Assembly (NCBI GenBank): GCA_001793095.1
Contig: MGHG01000009.1
Span: 15,450-79,449, forward strand
Direction of reading: 5' to 3'
Length of the DNA: 64,000 bases
From: Candidatus Woesebacteria bacterium RIFCSPLOWO2_01_FULL_39_23
Lineage (GTDB): Bacteria > Patescibacteriota > Microgenomatia > UBA8517
The translations under genes and the position numbers were made by a program. Below are positions 33,844-42,783 of the stretch, piece after piece. Position 1 is the stretch's first letter; the number at the start of each line of letters is the position of its first letter. The notes under the pieces are model-generated. The model ran no database searches and was not told where the DNA came from. It saw only the letters and a program-made list of their open reading frames with translations.

Positions 33844-34449
33844 ATGAAGAAGATAAAAAATATTAAGTTATATGGCTTCACCCTTATAGAACTTCTAATT
33901 GTACTTGCAATTTTGGGGGTTTTAGCCGTTGTAGTACTCATCGCCATTAATCCAACCCAACAGTTGGCCAAAGGCAGAGATACTGGTAGAAAGTCATCAG
34001 TTACACAATTGGGGCGGGAGTTAGCTTCTTATTTTACTGCCCGTGCAATTTTTCCAAGAAACAACAATTGCACTAATATGACTAGTAACTGGATGGATTG
34101 TTTAGTTGCGGCGGGATCTTTAAGAGAAATTGTCGGTCCGATAAACTATAGTGCTAACGCAAGATGTAAAACCGCTGGAGGCGGTGGATCGTCGCTTTGT
34201 CCTTGTACAACAGGTACGGGTGCAGGTTTACAGTGGGGAGTGCAAAATGACTGGTGTTATGTAGTGCAATCGGCGTTAGGTGATGCTGCGGTTGTATACG
34301 CACCTTTAGAATCAGATACCCTTACAAGATCATGTCCTGCCGGACAATGGGCTTATTTTATTTGGTCTAGTGCTGATGCGCGCGCAGGAACAATCTGCAC
34401 GGCTGCAGGTTCGAGACCGGCTCCCGGAACACATACATTTATAGATTAA
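33844..34449 (+). CDS. Type IV pilin, paralogue of 27970-28527
   Basis: G|FTLIELLIV, AINPTQQLAKGRDTGRKSSVTQLG, shared WCY...VYA.LES...WSSAD.R.G C-terminus. Confidence 0.88.
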   Translation: MKKIKNIKLYGFTLIELLIVLAILGVLAVVVLIAINPTQQLAKGRDTGRKSSVTQLGRELASYFTARAIFPRNNNCTNMTSNWMDCLVAAGSLREIVGPINYSANARCKTAGGGGSSLCPCTTGTGAGLQWGVQNDWCYVVQSALGDAAVVYAPLESDTLTRSCPAGQWAYFIWSSADARAGTICTAAGSRPAPGTHTFID

Positions 34450-34479
34450 GAAAGGGGAATATTTTCTGTCCAACCGTAT

Positions 34480-35289
34480 TTGGTGTTAATAATCATTTTA
34501 TATTTACTGGTTTCTGTACTGGGCTTGGTAGCGGGTTCTTTTATTAGTGCTTTGTCTTATCGTCTGCCTCTTGGAATAAAAATTACTAAGGGGAGGTCGT
34601 TTTGTGATAATTGTGGGACGAAAATTGCCTGGTATGATAATATACCTGTCTTTTCTTACTTTTTATTAGATGGGAAGTGTCGATGTTGTAAAAAAGAGAT
34701 TTCACTACGCTACAGTTTAATTGAATTTTCTACACTTCTCGTCTTTTTATCCATTGCCTATTTCTATGTGAGTTGTGTTTCTACTCTTGGTAGTGCGGTT
34801 TGCCAGTGGCGAAATCTTTTGGGATCCGGAGCACTCCCCTACCTTCTAATGCTAGCGGCGGGTTTTGTAACACTTGCAGTCATTGATTTGGAACATCAGA
34901 TGATTCCGGATAAAATCACGCTATCTTTATTTGCGATAACGTCATTGATCCTTATTTTTTTAAACCCCGATTATGCTTATCAAAGTTTTCTGGCAGGATT
35001 CCTAGCAGCACTTTTTCTTCTTCTAATCCATCTTGCAACCAAAGGTAAAGGTATGGGGCTGGGAGACGTTAAACTGGCGCTATTGGGCGGTGTGATATTG
35101 GGGTGGAGATCGACAGTCCCCTGGTTAATGCTTAGTTTTATCATAGGTGCGGTAGTAGGATTAATTTTGATTTTATTTGGGAAAGCAAAGTTTGGTAAAC
35201 ACATTCCGTTCGGACCGTTTTTGGTTGTATCTTTTTTTCTGGCATTGGTATTTGGAGACAGAATGTTTAGTAGCATCCTTCGATTATGA
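34480..35289 (+). CDS. pilD: Prepilin peptidase
   Basis: GSF...YRLP, RSFCDNC, CRCC, IDLEHQMIPD, GMGLGDVK, IPFGPFL. Confidence 0.93.
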   Translation: MVLIIILYLLVSVLGLVAGSFISALSYRLPLGIKITKGRSFCDNCGTKIAWYDNIPVFSYFLLDGKCRCCKKEISLRYSLIEFSTLLVFLSIAYFYVSCVSTLGSAVCQWRNLLGSGALPYLLMLAAGFVTLAVIDLEHQMIPDKITLSLFAITSLILIFLNPDYAYQSFLAGFLAALFLLLIHLATKGKGMGLGDVKLALLGGVILGWRSTVPWLMLSFIIGAVVGLILILFGKAKFGKHIPFGPFLVVSFFLALVFGDRMFSSILRL

Positions 35290-35885
35290 AGCCTTTTACC
35301 AAAAGTGAAATTAAAGGTGTATCGATCATCTTACTGGTTATATTCAGCGTTACTGCTATTAACCTAAAAGTGGCTCTTAGGCGTGCGCGGGATGCACAAA
35401 GGAGAGATGATGTGGGTGCGCTGGATTCGGCGTTAAATAAGTATCAGGTTGATTTTGGTTTTTTCCCCCCTTCGACAACAGATGGTAAAATTCTAGCCTG
35501 TAAAGGCCCGAATTATTCGCCCTTGCCGGAAAATATGGAAAAAGAAGAAAGGATGAAAGCCTTTTTAGCGATGCTTAAGGGTTGCGTTTGGGGTAAAGAT
35601 GCTTTTAGGGATGTAAACGACGACTCCTATCCCCCGTATATAAAAATACTGCCGGCTGATCCGAAATCAGATGAAGGTATAAGCTATTTTTATATTTCGA
35701 ACGGCAACCGTTTTCAGATATATACTTATTTGGAGGGAGGAGATGGCGAAATCGGCTTTCGACAGGGAATTGTAGACCGTCAACTCCCCTGCGGTAACCA
35801 GATTTGCAACTTTGGACGATCCTATGGCGCGACCCCACTTGAAAAATCCATCGAAGAGTACGAGAATGATATATTGGGGAAATAA
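35286..35885 (+). CDS. GspG-like pseudopilin with atypical N-terminus
   Basis: KP|FTKSE + hydrophobic helix, ARDAQRRDD, YQVDFGFFP, LPADP. Confidence 0.7.
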   Translation: MKPFTKSEIKGVSIILLVIFSVTAINLKVALRRARDAQRRDDVGALDSALNKYQVDFGFFPPSTTDGKILACKGPNYSPLPENMEKEERMKAFLAMLKGCVWGKDAFRDVNDDSYPPYIKILPADPKSDEGISYFYISNGNRFQIYTYLEGGDGEIGFRQGIVDRQLPCGNQICNFGRSYGATPLEKSIEEYENDILGK

Positions 35886-35924
35886 GCCTTTAACTTATAA
35901 CTAACTACTTATAACTTAATAAAC

Positions 35925-36482
35925 ATGCCTACTTTTAAAAAATCTTTAGTCATCAGTCCCAAGTCGCCAGTTAATTTGGGCTTTACACTTATCGAGATGT
36001 TGATAGTCATGGCGATGATAGCTCTTTTGGCAACATTATTTATTACAGGTTTTCCGGCTTCGCAGCGCAGGGCGCGGGATGCCCAAAGACGGAGTGATCT
36101 GAATAATTACAACGCACTTTTACGCGAATATGGAAGCCGGCACGAAGGTTTATACCCGGGTGCAAACGGCAGTGGTATTGAAATGAAATGCGGCGGAATG
36201 GGGTGTATTGGACTTTATTTATGCAACCTTTTAGGTATAAGTAGCACTGCATGTCACGTTGATCGGTATGATAGGCAGACTGAGTGTTTCAATAATGAGT
36301 TGTGCATTTATTATTATCAGGGAAGTAGTTGCGACGACGGCAGTGCGTGTGCTGAAAGTTTTGTCTTAAGAGCAAGGCTTGAGAGCGAAGCGGGGTGGGT
36401 GTACTACTGCTCAAATGGCTCAAATGGAATTGCCGCAGAGGGAACAACCTGGGATACTTTAGCCGGTTACTGTCCGATATAG
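35925..36482 (+). CDS. Type IV pilin-like protein
   Basis: G|FTLIEML, ARDAQRRSDL, Cys-rich C-terminus. Confidence 0.85.
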   Translation: MPTFKKSLVISPKSPVNLGFTLIEMLIVMAMIALLATLFITGFPASQRRARDAQRRSDLNNYNALLREYGSRHEGLYPGANGSGIEMKCGGMGCIGLYLCNLLGISSTACHVDRYDRQTECFNNELCIYYYQGSSCDDGSACAESFVLRARLESEAGWVYYCSNGSNGIAAEGTTWDTLAGYCPI

Positions 36483-36485
36483 TGT

Positions 36486-37061
36486 ATGGTAAAAGTCATG
36501 AGTCTCAAGTCTCTCCGAGCAGGAGGTCTCTCCGAGCCGGAGGCAAAAGTCAAAAGTTATTCTGGTTTTACTTTGGTCGAGATGCTGGTGGTCCTGGCAA
36601 TAATAGTTGTCATTTTATCTATGTCGGCATTTGGTATAGGGAGTTCTATGGAGTCAGCAAGAGATTCAAGAAGAAAAAACGATTTAAGGCAATATCACGA
36701 TCTATTAAAAGAATATGCCGGCAGGCATCAGGGTTTCTATCCGCAACGTACTGCAGTTGTTGCCGCATCCGATCTTAATAACGAGACAAACGACAGTTTG
36801 TGTAACGACTTGGGGTTAGATGCTGCGGATACAACAACTGATTGTCCGGGCGATCCAAGAGATGGTTCAACCAAAACGGTCGGAGCTTATACCTATACAC
36901 TTCGATATACATACATAACAACAGGAGGAACATGTACGGGCGGATCAGCCTGTGCTAGTGCTTATGTTTTGAGGGCAGTGTTAGAATCTTCGGACGTGTC
37001 GTGGAGTATAGATCAAGACGGCATTGTCCGGGAAAGCATATTGGGAATAGCAGGCGATTAA
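36486..37061 (+). CDS. Type IV pilin-like protein
   Basis: G|FTLVEML, ARDSRRKNDL; leader lengthened by a palindromic repeat. Confidence 0.85.
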   Translation: MVKVMSLKSLRAGGLSEPEAKVKSYSGFTLVEMLVVLAIIVVILSMSAFGIGSSMESARDSRRKNDLRQYHDLLKEYAGRHQGFYPQRTAVVAASDLNNETNDSLCNDLGLDAADTTTDCPGDPRDGSTKTVGAYTYTLRYTYITTGGTCTGGSACASAYVLRAVLESSDVSWSIDQDGIVRESILGIAGD

Positions 37062-37064
37062 TAT

Positions 37065-37568
37065 ATGTTGAGTAGAAATTTAGGTTTCACATTGGTCGAG
37101 ATGCTTGTCGTTTTGGCGATTATCGCAATTATCGCTGCCGTCTCGGGAATCGGTATGCGCAATTCATTCGAATCAGCACGTGATGCCCAAAGGAAGTCTG
37201 ACTTAAGACAGTACCAGACAGCGCTTGAGCGCCAGGCAAATAATAATAACGGTTTTTATGAATCGAGAACAACCGCTGTCGACGCTCCTGGCGCAGCAGG
37301 TACTTTATGTGCTGATTTAGTCCTGACTAGCTGTCCTGTTGATCCAAGAAGATGTGCTGACACCACATGTACTGCTTTGAAAGACAATACTTGGATACAA
37401 TATACATATATTAGTGACGGCACCGGTTCCGGGAATCCGACCGGCAGGAATTATGTATTGTGGGCAAGACTTGAGAATGTTACAACGACTACCTATTGGG
37501 AAATATGCTCTAATGGAAAATCGGGTACGGTAACTACGGCTCCCACTAATTCAACCTGCGACCTTTAA
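37065..37568 (+). CDS. Type IV pilin-like protein
   Basis: G|FTLVEML, ARDAQRKSDL, CPVDP, WARLE. Confidence 0.85.
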   Translation: MLSRNLGFTLVEMLVVLAIIAIIAAVSGIGMRNSFESARDAQRKSDLRQYQTALERQANNNNGFYESRTTAVDAPGAAGTLCADLVLTSCPVDPRRCADTTCTALKDNTWIQYTYISDGTGSGNPTGRNYVLWARLENVTTTTYWEICSNGKSGTVTTAPTNSTCDL

Positions 37569-37570
37569 AT

Positions 37571-38194
37571 ATGATTAATAAACAACTCATGCCTAAGAGG
37601 CATAAGTTTTCTCGCCAAAGCTCGAAGAGTTTGTTCACTGCTTCGCTTCAGCACAGGGCTAAAAGCCCTGAGTTTTCGCGAAGTATGAATAAATTGCACC
37701 ATGCCTTTACTCTTGTTGAACTTCTTGTAGTAATAGCAATAATTGTGATGCTTTTGGCCGCTTCCCTGATTGGTATACAGGGGTCAAAAGAAACAACAAG
37801 AGATGTGAGAAGGAAGGCTGATTTGGAAGCAATAAGAGAAGCGCTTGAGCTGTATAAAGCAGATAATAACGTTTATCCTTATTCTAATCCTGAAAACGCG
37901 TGTGATTCAAGCGAGGGATCATGCGGCACTGCTTGTACATCCGGAACAAATTCCTGCGGAGGCGTTGCCTGGGCAGCACCGATGACTAACCTTCAACCCA
38001 ATTTTATTGCTGATCTACCGGAAGACTCGATTAATGATGACACACATTTTTACTACTACGAACCCGTTTGTAATCAAACTTCGACTGTATGTGGCGTTTC
38101 GAAGACTTGTACGGGAATTAATAATTGCTGTGCGTACGAGCTGGGGACGCAGCTCGAAGCCGATTCGACATGGTATCGGGTCTGCAGTCCTTAG
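37571..38194 (+). CDS. Type IV pilin/GspG-like protein
   Basis: A|FTLVELL, RDVRRKADL..ALELYKADNNVYP; alternative start at 37685. Confidence 0.83.
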   Translation: MINKQLMPKRHKFSRQSSKSLFTASLQHRAKSPEFSRSMNKLHHAFTLVELLVVIAIIVMLLAASLIGIQGSKETTRDVRRKADLEAIREALELYKADNNVYPYSNPENACDSSEGSCGTACTSGTNSCGGVAWAAPMTNLQPNFIADLPEDSINDDTHFYYYEPVCNQTSTVCGVSKTCTGINNCCAYELGTQLEADSTWYRVCSP

Positions 38195-38203
38195 TCCACA
38201 AAA

Positions 38204-38740
38204 ATGATACATTTTCTTCGCAAGGGTTATTCACTAGTCGAACTTTTGGTCGTTATTTCGATAATTATGGTCGTTTTTACGATCGTTAATGCCAATTATC
38301 GTGCTTATACACGAAAAAGGGCACTTGACGGTGTAGCTGAAGGCATAAAAGCCGATATAAGACTTGCCCAAGAATATGCTATTTCCGGCAAGAAACCTGC
38401 TGGTTCGTGCGATGCCTTGCAGGGAATTTATTTTAGAAGAATGGCAGGTTCGTATTATAGAATAGAAGCATATTGTAAAGTGGGTGGTGTAAATAGAACT
38501 TGTACTACCTCCCCCGGATATCCGGATTTATGTTATAAAGATGCAGTATATTTACCTTCTGGCTATACTATGGGAAATATCGTACCAGTCACACCTCTGA
38601 ATAATATTATATATTTCAAACTTGGCGGGAGGGGAAATTATTTAGACCCAGCAAGTTCGCCTTACTCCATTACTATTACGCAACCTTATACTTCGGCGAC
38701 CAAGGCAATCTATTTTACGGCGGGAGGAGAAGTATATTGA
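38204..38740 (+). CDS. Minor pilin (FimU/GspH-like)
   Basis: G|YSLVELL, ADIRLAQEYA. Confidence 0.78.
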   Translation: MIHFLRKGYSLVELLVVISIIMVVFTIVNANYRAYTRKRALDGVAEGIKADIRLAQEYAISGKKPAGSCDALQGIYFRRMAGSYYRIEAYCKVGGVNRTCTTSPGYPDLCYKDAVYLPSGYTMGNIVPVTPLNNIIYFKLGGRGNYLDPASSPYSITITQPYTSATKAIYFTAGGEVY

Positions 38741-39279
38741 TGAAAACTAATAACTTAAAACTTATAACTAATAACTTTAATTTGGGTTTACCCCGTACAA
38801 ACGCTCCCCGATACCCGATCGGGGTAAGTTCTGTGCGGGGACAGTCGATGGTTGAAGTTGTGTTTGCCATCGGAATAGCAGCCATTATATTGACTACTGT
38901 TGTTTCCGTTTCAGTATCTTCAGTTCGAAATTCGACTTTTTCAAAATTAAACTCTCAGGCCAATAGATATGCTCAGGATCTGAGCGAATGGTTACGCCGC
39001 CAAAGAGATCTTGATTGGGCGACGTTTAAAGCTAAAGCGAATACAACGGGCATTACCTACTGTTTTAAAACACCAAACCCGACTGCCTGGCCGGCTTCGG
39101 GAGTTTGCGGTAGTTCAGATTTTATGACAGGGACGAAGTTTATAAGACAAGCAAAGTTAAGTCTACCAAGCACAGATCCGTTGGTATTATCCGAAGTAAC
39201 TGTATCCTGGACTGACAGTCAAGGAACACATTCCGTAGTTTCAATAACGAAATTGGTGGACTGGAGGGCGCAACCGTGA
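38737..39279 (+). CDS. Minor pilin (PilV-like)
   Basis: G|QSMVEVV, ANRYAQ..SEWLR, VTVSWTD. Confidence 0.75.
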   Translation: MMKTNNLKLITNNFNLGLPRTNAPRYPIGVSSVRGQSMVEVVFAIGIAAIILTTVVSVSVSSVRNSTFSKLNSQANRYAQDLSEWLRRQRDLDWATFKAKANTTGITYCFKTPNPTAWPASGVCGSSDFMTGTKFIRQAKLSLPSTDPLVLSEVTVSWTDSQGTHSVVSITKLVDWRAQP

Positions 39280-39797
39280 GGCAGAAGGCATATTCGTTAG
39301 TTGAAATATTAATTGTGATAGCAGTTTTTGCGGTTTTATCTATCGTAAGTACAATGGTCATTCAAACTGTATTGAAAAATGCAAACAAAACTCAATCTCA
39401 AATTAATGTTCGGGAAAACCTTGGCTATGTCATGTCTGTAATTGAACGGCAATTACAGTTATCCAAAGGTATAACGGTATGCCCAATTATCGACCCTTAT
39501 AAAGTAGATTTTACTTCAGAAACGGGAGTTGCAGCTTCATTTGTTTGTGAAAATATAGGGCTAACCGATCCGCAGGTTGCATCATATTCGGGTGTAACTA
39601 CCCCCGCTACTAAATATCGACTTACATCCAGTAGCGTGATTATTGATTACTGTAATTTTAGCTGCACTCACACGTTAGGGCAAAGAGATCTTGTTAAATT
39701 TTCAATTTCCGGCCACCAATTAAATAATTTTGAAGCTGAAGGTGCAACAGTTGTCATGCAAACCGAAATTCTTCTCCGCAACTATTCGAAGTATTAA
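39276..39797 (+). CDS. Minor pilin (PilW/GspJ-like)
   Basis: A|YSLVEIL, VMSVIERQL, QTEILLRN end. Confidence 0.75.
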   Translation: MRQKAYSLVEILIVIAVFAVLSIVSTMVIQTVLKNANKTQSQINVRENLGYVMSVIERQLQLSKGITVCPIIDPYKVDFTSETGVAASFVCENIGLTDPQVASYSGVTTPATKYRLTSSSVIIDYCNFSCTHTLGQRDLVKFSISGHQLNNFEAEGATVVMQTEILLRNYSKY

Positions 39798-39934
39798 TGT
39801 AATCTTTTTACCGACCTCATAATTATTTTTTGATTTTATACGGTTTGATATGGTATAATATGCACACAAATGTATATTAATTGTTTTAGAATTTTGTTAT
39901 TTGATTTATTCGAGTTTAACTCGAGGTGATTTAT

Positions 39935-39959
39935 AACCCTCCTTAAAGGAGGGTTTTTT
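39935..39959 (+). terminator. Terminator-like hairpin overlapping an SD-like sequence
   Basis: AACCCTCCT-TAA-AGGAGGGTT-TTTT. Confidence 0.6.
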
Positions 39960-39970
39960 AAAGGTAAAGT

Positions 39971-41128
39971 ATGTCGACACGCGAGCATAATTTGGGAAAG
40001 TTAAAAGAACCCATTAAGCGACCAATGACAAGAAGAGAATTTATTCGTGCAGCGTTTGGAGTAGCAGGTGGATTGGTGGCCGCAAAGACAGGTGCAGATC
40101 TATTGATTAATTATGTTGTAAAAAAGGATGAAGTCGTAGCAACCGGTGAAGGACAAAATAGTGATGTATCAGGAGGAGAAAACATGCCTTCTTCAACCGA
40201 TGTTTTACAAGGTAATCCGGCGAATACTCCGATCGGTCCTTCGGATAAGTTACCTTTAGGTACGCAAGTAGTAACCGATGTACCACCATCACTTACTCCG
40301 ACAACGCAGCCCTCACCTGCTCAAACTGAAGCCCCCGTTCCGACTGATTATTCACCCATACCGGAGGTTCTTAATGATAAAGTACAAGATAAAGTTATTG
40401 AGTTAAAGAAAAAGGGTGTAGATATCCACATTAAGGTGGATGACGTAGGAGATGCTCATATGTCGATAAATATGGGTAAAAATAATAGGTTAGAATGGGG
40501 TTTGATTAAAGTAGATACTACACCTGAGAAAGAAAACAATGTATTTATAACAACTGCGAAGAATGAACCTGTCTCATTCAATTTTGAAAGTTTCGGTGTA
40601 GATAATGGTGATCTAGTTATTAAGGATAAAGAGGGTTTATATGGAGCGAAGGGGAAAGTACTGTTAAAGTTTCATGAAGGAAATTGGGTTGCTGATAGAC
40701 TACTATTCTTGGCTGCCGGCCCAAAGCCGAGAATTTGTGATAATGGTTTACCAACCGGCGGAGCCGATAATCTGTTAACGGGTGTATTGATTTCCTCAAC
40801 AGCGGTAGGTTTTTATGATAAGGGCGGATATCTACACAATGTTAATCATTTGGGAATTGAGGATAAATTTGGAGTTGTCGGTCTATGTAAGAAAGAAGCA
40901 TCTGGTGGCGGAAAATGTAGAATTGTAAAACCAGAAGTAGCTCAAGCAGCATTGGTTGAATGGGATCGTAATAAGATTGGTCGACAAATAGGTCTGGATG
41001 TCTTTGTTAATAGAAATGAAGAAACAAAAGAGCTAGCGGATGCTATTAAAAGCGGTGAAAACTTTCCGGAGTTAAGTCCTGACTACTCCCTACCGATAAA
41101 CACATTATACGAATGGAGTCCACAATAA
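39971..41128 (+). CDS. Hypothetical exported protein with twin-arginine-like N-terminus and P/T linker
   Basis: MTRREFIRAAFGVAGG; PPSLTPTTQPSPA. Confidence 0.7.
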   Translation: MSTREHNLGKLKEPIKRPMTRREFIRAAFGVAGGLVAAKTGADLLINYVVKKDEVVATGEGQNSDVSGGENMPSSTDVLQGNPANTPIGPSDKLPLGTQVVTDVPPSLTPTTQPSPAQTEAPVPTDYSPIPEVLNDKVQDKVIELKKKGVDIHIKVDDVGDAHMSINMGKNNRLEWGLIKVDTTPEKENNVFITTAKNEPVSFNFESFGVDNGDLVIKDKEGLYGAKGKVLLKFHEGNWVADRLLFLAAGPKPRICDNGLPTGGADNLLTGVLISSTAVGFYDKGGYLHNVNHLGIEDKFGVVGLCKKEASGGGKCRIVKPEVAQAALVEWDRNKIGRQIGLDVFVNRNEETKELADAIKSGENFPELSPDYSLPINTLYEWSPQ

Positions 41129-41140
41129 TAGTGCAATTAA

Positions 41141-42112
41141 ATGTCAACCGATAGATTACGTACTTCAGGACTTTCTACTAGAGATTTTCTTAAGATCTCG
41201 GCAGCTGCTTCATTAGCTGCAACGGGTTTATATTTATCTAATGAAAATAATAAAATAGGCTTTAATAAAATATTTGATTTTATTGTTAAACTAAGCCACG
41301 ATAGCAATGCGATTGAATTACAAAGATCAGACTATCTTAAAATTTATTATCCGCTATCGCGTGAACTTCCAATTAAACAGGATGGCGTTATCGACTCGGG
41401 TATATCGGATACAGATTGGTTTAACTATACAAATTTAAGGATTAATTCCGTAAGTTTTCAAAAGTTAATACAATTTTATGAAAAATTAGCCGTTGATGGT
41501 AAGCAATACGAATACAACTTTAATAATGGCGCGGTTGATTTAAGTCATAAATTTCGAATAGGCTTAAAAAGCGAGCGTAAACACACATGCGTTATTACCT
41601 CAGATATTAATCCTACGCCCGATTGGACAATGGGTTTGAAAACAGCAACTGTAAATATGCTACTTAAAAGTAAGGAGAATGAAGATATTATTCCTGGAAG
41701 AACTATGACGATAGTTAGCGTTCCTTCCAACATTGAAAATTATCCCAAAGTTGAAGTGAATAAAAACCTTAAATCAATAGTGAGTACGTCAATGGCGACC
41801 GAGGCATTTAATATGACCTCGTACGTTAACTCGGATTTACAAGAAAATTACACCGGAAAGACCGAAGCTGGATATCAAGGTGATTTTGCAGGAGAAATTA
41901 CAGCTAACTCTATTGGTTTAATGTTTGTTGCGAAACAATTAGGTTTAAATTATAAACAATTTGAGGATAGTATAATTGAAAAGGATGGAAATATTAGGTA
42001 TATCAAATTGGGATTTAGTTATATCATAAACGGTAAGAGAATACTGGCAACACCTTTTATGGATAAAGATATGTACAACAAAATTCCTAATATTGGCTTA
42101 CCCATATCATAG
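41141..42112 (+). CDS. Hypothetical protein with Tat-like N-terminus
   Basis: LSTRDFLKISAAASLAA. Confidence 0.65.
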   Translation: MSTDRLRTSGLSTRDFLKISAAASLAATGLYLSNENNKIGFNKIFDFIVKLSHDSNAIELQRSDYLKIYYPLSRELPIKQDGVIDSGISDTDWFNYTNLRINSVSFQKLIQFYEKLAVDGKQYEYNFNNGAVDLSHKFRIGLKSERKHTCVITSDINPTPDWTMGLKTATVNMLLKSKENEDIIPGRTMTIVSVPSNIENYPKVEVNKNLKSIVSTSMATEAFNMTSYVNSDLQENYTGKTEAGYQGDFAGEITANSIGLMFVAKQLGLNYKQFEDSIIEKDGNIRYIKLGFSYIINGKRILATPFMDKDMYNKIPNIGLPIS

Positions 42113-42183
42113 TTCTTCCCTACTTTAGTTGTGTTATTGAATAAATGGTGGTAAATCTGCTAAATTGGTATGAGATTCATTAA

Positions 42184-42783
42184 ATGGAAGAAGCGGCTAA
42201 TTTAATAAACACTCAAAGAAAGAATAAATTTCCGATATTTATTTATCTGATATTTTTGATATTATTTATAGCTGTAGTTGTATTAGCTTCTGTTTTGATA
42301 ATTTCCAAGCTTCCGTGTAGAGGCTACCTTGGAAAACCACAGTTTACGGGAGTAGTAGACCAAGAAAAAAACCTAGTCAGGGGTGATGATAATTTTTCAT
42401 CTATTAAGGTTAAGTCGTGCATTTTATCGCTGCAAAAAACAGATGAAAATGAGGTTGTATATAAGGTTGGTATATTTCGTGATTATTTTAGAATGGAAAA
42501 GTTCGATATTAGAATTGGAGGAAAATATCCCAAGGTTGCTGTATGTAATATTGATAAAGATGGTAAGTGCAAAGTTATAAACGCTCAAGATATAACACTA
42601 AACCTAAAACTGAAAAATATTTATAGTTTTTATTTTGTAGTTGTAGACAAAAAGTCGCAGTTAATTGAAACAAACTCTGAATATGAGAAATTTATGGATA
42701 GCTTAACAAAATTCTTGATAAACGAGTCTACTTATCAATCTAGCGGTGAAGTTGTTCAAATATCGCAAATAGATTTTGATTAA
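42184..42783 (+). CDS. Membrane-anchored hypothetical protein
   Basis: Single N-terminal TM, 4 Cys. Confidence 0.65.
   Translation: MEEAANLINTQRKNKFPIFIYLIFLILFIAVVVLASVLIISKLPCRGYLGKPQFTGVVDQEKNLVRGDDNFSSIKVKSCILSLQKTDENEVVYKVGIFRDYFRMEKFDIRIGGKYPKVAVCNIDKDGKCKVINAQDITLNLKLKNIYSFYFVVVDKKSQLIETNSEYEKFMDSLTKFLINESTYQSSGEVVQISQIDFD

Noticed and set aside
35925-38194. Silent pilin cassettes (Neisseria pilS-type antigenic variation) or DGR targets
   Set aside because: All copies have intact N-terminal helices and starts; no reverse transcriptase or TR/VR pair was seen
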